A DNA stretch of 64,000 bases from Epithemia pelagica. Taxonomy: Eukaryota > Protista > Bacillariophyta. The notes beneath the pieces were generated by a model that was not told the DNA's origin, searched no databases, and worked only from the letters and a program-made list of their open reading frames with translations. The translations under genes and the position numbers were made by a program. Positions 60,526 through 64,000 of the stretch are shown here, piece after piece (positions within the stretch are counted from its first letter, which is position 1; every line of letters starts with the position of its first letter). The DNA lies in assembly GCA_946965045.2 (NCBI GenBank), contig OX337228.1, positions 1,302,001 through 1,366,000 on the forward strand, in the 5' to 3' direction.

Positions 60526-62784
60526 TTACGACCACAATTCTTGTACATATCGTCCTTGTCGGGCCATTTCATCCAAATAGTCCTTGGCCGCCTTTTGCTT
60601 TTGGATGGCAGTACTACCTTTGGAGGGATCTGATTGGTGTTTGAAAATGATTTGAACCAAGGTTTCTTGCACGTCGTGTCCCATTTTGACACCGCCACAG
60701 ACATAAATGTAGGCATTGTGTGGTGGTTGCATCCACGCAAAGGTTTGGGAACTGTGCTGCGCCAACAAGTGTTGAACATAGGTCTTGTCATGACCTGGTC
60801 GTCGGGAAAAGGCGACGTGAAGATCCGTCAAAACACCTTGTTTCTGCCACGTCTTTAGTTCGTTTTGGTACAAGTAATCCTTGTCCGGTGTGTGACAACC
60901 AAAGTACAGAACGGTAGGGCCAATTTGTTGTTTCTTTTGTTGACAAGCTCGTTCTTGCAAGAAGGCTCGCATTGGAGCAATGCCCGTTCCGGGTCCAATC
61001 AATATGAGAGGCGTTTTCGGGTTTGGTGGAACTTGAAAGGAGGAGGGTCGCACAAAGGCTCGTATGGAGGAAGGACGGCTTGCCAAATACGACGAACACA
61101 GACCTTGAAACAACAATGACGAATTGTTTGCATCCTTCTTATCTTTGTCCTTTGGTAGTTTCGTCTCGTCACCGTTCCGAATAGCCCCCAGACTGGGTGG
61201 TGTGGCCGATCGGAGGGCCCGCGTCACGGCCACGGTCAAATGAATTTCATTCGGACACTGTTGTACCGAAGAGGCAATGGTGTAATAGCGAGGTTGCGAT
61301 TTGGGAACAAGTTGTAACACATGTTCCAATGGAATTTGACCATGCAAGGAAGGACAGGCCACCAGCACATGAACCCAGGTCCAGTAATTTTGGACCAACG
61401 TGTCGTGGTAGCACGAATCTTGATTGCTCGCCATGCGCAGCAAAAAGGCACGATCCAAAGAGGCATGGTCTTTGGATACAACAGAACTGCTTCCATTGGT
61501 GGAGACCCTTGCCGCAGTGTCGTCCTTAGATGGAATGTAGGATGCCAACAATTTCAAATCGGCCCGCCGGGGCAAGGCCGTCCAATCGCTATAGTGTGCC
61601 AAGAACTCTCGCACTGTCAAGGGCGTGGGAAACCACAAATGAGTGGAGTCGCCACTCTTGTGGTGAACGACAAAGGTGGCGTCCAGATTCAACCCCAAAC
61701 AGTGTGCCACACATTCCACGTACTCCTGGGGCACTTCGGGCCAGATTCCCAAATTATCGGCCGTGTTATACAAGGGGTGATTCTTCGGACCGTTCTTGGT
61801 TTGGTTGGCAGTGGGCTTTAATTCAATGTGCAGAGTCGATCCCTGTTCCACAAGCATGGTTGGAGTTGTGGTAGTGTTATTCTTCTTGTTGCTGTTGGTT
61901 CGCAATTCTCGAACCGTCGAAAGGGTCCACTCTGCAGCCTCGTGCCACGAGGGAGGATGATGATTGTTGTTGTTGTTGTTGTTGTTGTGCGAGACACTCG
62001 GGGAAGCCACTGCCGCAGAAGCCGACTTTTTCTCGAGATATTCAATGGTAAAGGGACAGTCGGGTCGCTGTGCCTCATTCTTCGTTGTCGCAGCGTCGGA
62101 TGCACCAAATTTTTGTTTCAAGAGGGGAGCCAACTGTTGCGATTTCCATTGCTCAAAATCTCCTTCCAAATCGTCGTCGTCATTTCCCAAGGCCAAGGGC
62201 AACAGTCGTTCGCCTTTGCAAACGTCAGCCAAGGCCTGGTCAATAAATTTGCCCATGGCATTGTAATGCTCGTATTGTTTGTTTCCCAAACCAAAGACAC
62301 AAAATTCCAATGCAAGTTTCGTTGGTGGTTCTTGTTTGGATTCTTCTGGTTCATTTTCTTTTTCCGTTTGTTGTTGTTGTTGTTCTTGCAATTGGGAAAT
62401 GAGCTGAGACGCATTGTCCGTTGGTTCGCCTTCGCCATAGGTGGCGACGAGCCAAATGCTGGGCGATTGAATCTCTTGTGGCGACGGCAAATCTTCGACA
62501 TCAATGACTTGACACTGTACCAGGTTCACCAATTCCCGTTGCAACTGTCGCGCAAAGGACTCTGCTGTCCCGGTTTGACTGGCATAGTAGACAAAGAGCT
62601 GTGGTGCCGATGAGTCGCTCGGTTGGTCGTCATCCTTGTTGGGATCAGTCGAACGAACAGCCTTGTTGTGGTTCTTATTCGTGTTGCTCTGGAACAACAC
62701 ATACGCCAAAGAAGACGCCAACAAGACGGTGGAAACACCCGTTCCTACCAACACCCACAACAACGACGAGTCTTCTCCAAGCAT
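60526..62784 (-). CDS. CPR: NADPH-cytochrome P450 reductase (membrane-anchored diflavin reductase)
   Basis: N-terminal TM; FMN motifs YASQTGTAE, ATYGEGEPTDNA, FGLGNKQYEHYN; FAD RYYTIASS and GLCSSYL; NADPH IGPGTGIAPMRAF, YFGC, YVCG; C-terminus ELWS. Confidence 0.88.
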   Translation of the reverse strand: MLGEDSSLLWVLVGTGVSTVLLASSLAYVLFQSNTNKNHNKAVRSTDPNKDDDQPSDSSAPQLFVYYASQTGTAESFARQLQRELVNLVQCQVIDVEDLPSPQEIQSPSIWLVATYGEGEPTDNASQLISQLQEQQQQQTEKENEPEESKQEPPTKLALEFCVFGLGNKQYEHYNAMGKFIDQALADVCKGERLLPLALGNDDDDLEGDFEQWKSQQLAPLLKQKFGASDAATTKNEAQRPDCPFTIEYLEKKSASAAVASPSVSHNNNNNNNNHHPPSWHEAAEWTLSTVRELRTNSNKKNNTTTTPTMLVEQGSTLHIELKPTANQTKNGPKNHPLYNTADNLGIWPEVPQEYVECVAHCLGLNLDATFVVHHKSGDSTHLWFPTPLTVREFLAHYSDWTALPRRADLKLLASYIPSKDDTAARVSTNGSSSVVSKDHASLDRAFLLRMASNQDSCYHDTLVQNYWTWVHVLVACPSLHGQIPLEHVLQLVPKSQPRYYTIASSVQQCPNEIHLTVAVTRALRSATPPSLGAIRNGDETKLPKDKDKKDANNSSLLFQGLCSSYLASRPSSIRAFVRPSSFQVPPNPKTPLILIGPGTGIAPMRAFLQERACQQKKQQIGPTVLYFGCHTPDKDYLYQNELKTWQKQGVLTDLHVAFSRRPGHDKTYVQHLLAQHSSQTFAWMQPPHNAYIYVCGGVKMGHDVQETLVQIIFKHQSDPSKGSTAIQKQKAAKDYLDEMARQGRYVQELWS

Positions 62785-63572
62785 TGTCGTTCTTGATTCA
62801 AGATCTAAGGGTGATACTAGTAATGGACTCTTTGTCCTCGATACAGCCAGACTTTGCAGAGAGGATCATAGCGAAATAGAGATAGAACCACGCAAGACAA
62901 AGAGCGAACGATGACCACGTCACGGAATGCATCGATCGCGCTTCTTCTCGATTGAGCGGCCTATATGCGACGGCTCATTCGCTTTTGTAGGACGCGGTCG
63001 CATCACAATGGGCATCTCATCTCCACAATAATGACATTCGACATTCGACGCTCTAACCGTAGTAAGGTTAGAAGATAGAGACAACCTCTCTCGAGCCTCT
63101 TTTTAGAGTCGTAGACCAGGATGTCATTCGTCTCCAGAACGAGCTCCCGCAGGGGTTGTACAGGGGTATGTATGATGGAACGTTGCGCGAACACGCAACT
63201 CGTACTAATTACCTACTCCTATCGCCTTGCCATTTTCATAGAGCTTTCCTATTGTCAGGATGCTATAGATGCAAGACAGACGGATGATTTTCTGATCATT
63301 GTGCCAGGGTTCCGAACCATATTGTTCAGACCATGCAAATTATAGTGTTGTCACAGAACTCGTATATTTCCCCTCATGATGTATCCTTCGAATCATATCA
63401 CGATAAGAAGCCTCCCTTTACCAACGTAGTCCATACCACTTCGTGCCTTAGAGTGGTGATCATGATGAGGGTATGTTGGTTCTGTCGCGTGTCTGGTTCA
63501 TCCTCCGTTGCCTCGTTCTCTCTCTCTGTCTCTCTTCGTCCATCATCGTGCCGTGCTTCTTGGATCCCCAAT

Positions 63573-63622
63573 GGGTAGGTATACCGAATGGGCATCCGGG
63601 TAGGTATACCGAATGGGCATCC
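63573..63622 (+). repeat. Perfect 25-bp tandem duplication
   Basis: gggtaggtataccgaatgggcatcc x2. Confidence 0.85.
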
Positions 63623-64000
63623 ATTTTGGAGTATTGCCTTCCCCTCCGATGCAAAAGCTTTGTGTCTGAAATGTCACTGGGTCTTGGGATCTAATGACCA
63701 CATCACAATCGCTCCTTTCCTCTCCACATTCCACGGTCGGTCATTGTCGTTGGTCATCGGACCTTGGGACTTGGGACAATGGCTTGTAGCACATCTTCAT
63801 TATCATTCCCGGTTAGGGCAATACAATAATAGATGACAAAAAACTTCGAATACGCCCAACAAGAATCAAATAGGTCCGAAATCCGGAGCCGCAATCCCGC
63901 AACAAATGCCACTGCTTCCAAAATCACTTGCCTCTCATTTGAGAACAAGAGACGACGAAGAAGAAAGGCACAATGAAACTTGGTTGGCTTGTAGCGTTCA

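Noticed and set aside
60526-62784. Nitric oxide synthase or methionine synthase reductase
   Set aside because: There is no oxygenase domain; the N-terminal membrane anchor and FMN motifs fit CPR.
1-64000. tRNA, rRNA or spliceosomal snRNA genes
   Set aside because: No cloverleaf with A/B boxes, no rRNA-like segment and no U1/U2/U5/U6 signature was recognised by eye; tRNAscan-SE and Infernal would be decisive.

Overview
This is compact eukaryotic genomic DNA, most likely from a pennate diatom. That is an inference from short GT-AG introns, signal+AF-type bipartite plastid presequences, a CoDi-like Ty1/copia element and a diatom-typical Cys/His domain. Host genes recognised: DBP5, RACK1, plastid SufS, a J-domain protein, NADPH-cytochrome P450 reductase, three divergent ABCG-like half transporters (two with single reading-frame lesions), and several orphan membrane or low-complexity proteins. 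Mobile DNA is dense: (1) a 443-bp TA-TSD MITE; (2) a 1.6-kb non-autonomous element with about 270-bp imperfect TIRs; (3) an unclassified two-ORF DDE-transposon candidate (20.8-27 kb) whose partner ORF is bracketed by two arrays of related DNA hairpins; (4) a probable solo LTR; (5) an intact 9,161-bp copia element with apparently identical 505-bp LTRs. The copia element has a non-canonical AG...CA boundary, a half-tRNA-type PBS and a roughly 900-aa Gag-PR insert, and it has inserted into the coding sequence of a multi-UIM gene. The window also holds a four-copy, about 2.1-kb tandem array of a secreted Lys/Gly-Pro/Thr-Lys/Gly triblock protein resembling biosilica or adhesive proteins. The best candidates for something undescribed are the two-ORF DDE element with its hairpin arrays and the ABCG cluster with minimal nucleotide-binding domains. 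All alignments were done by eye; no database searches were run.
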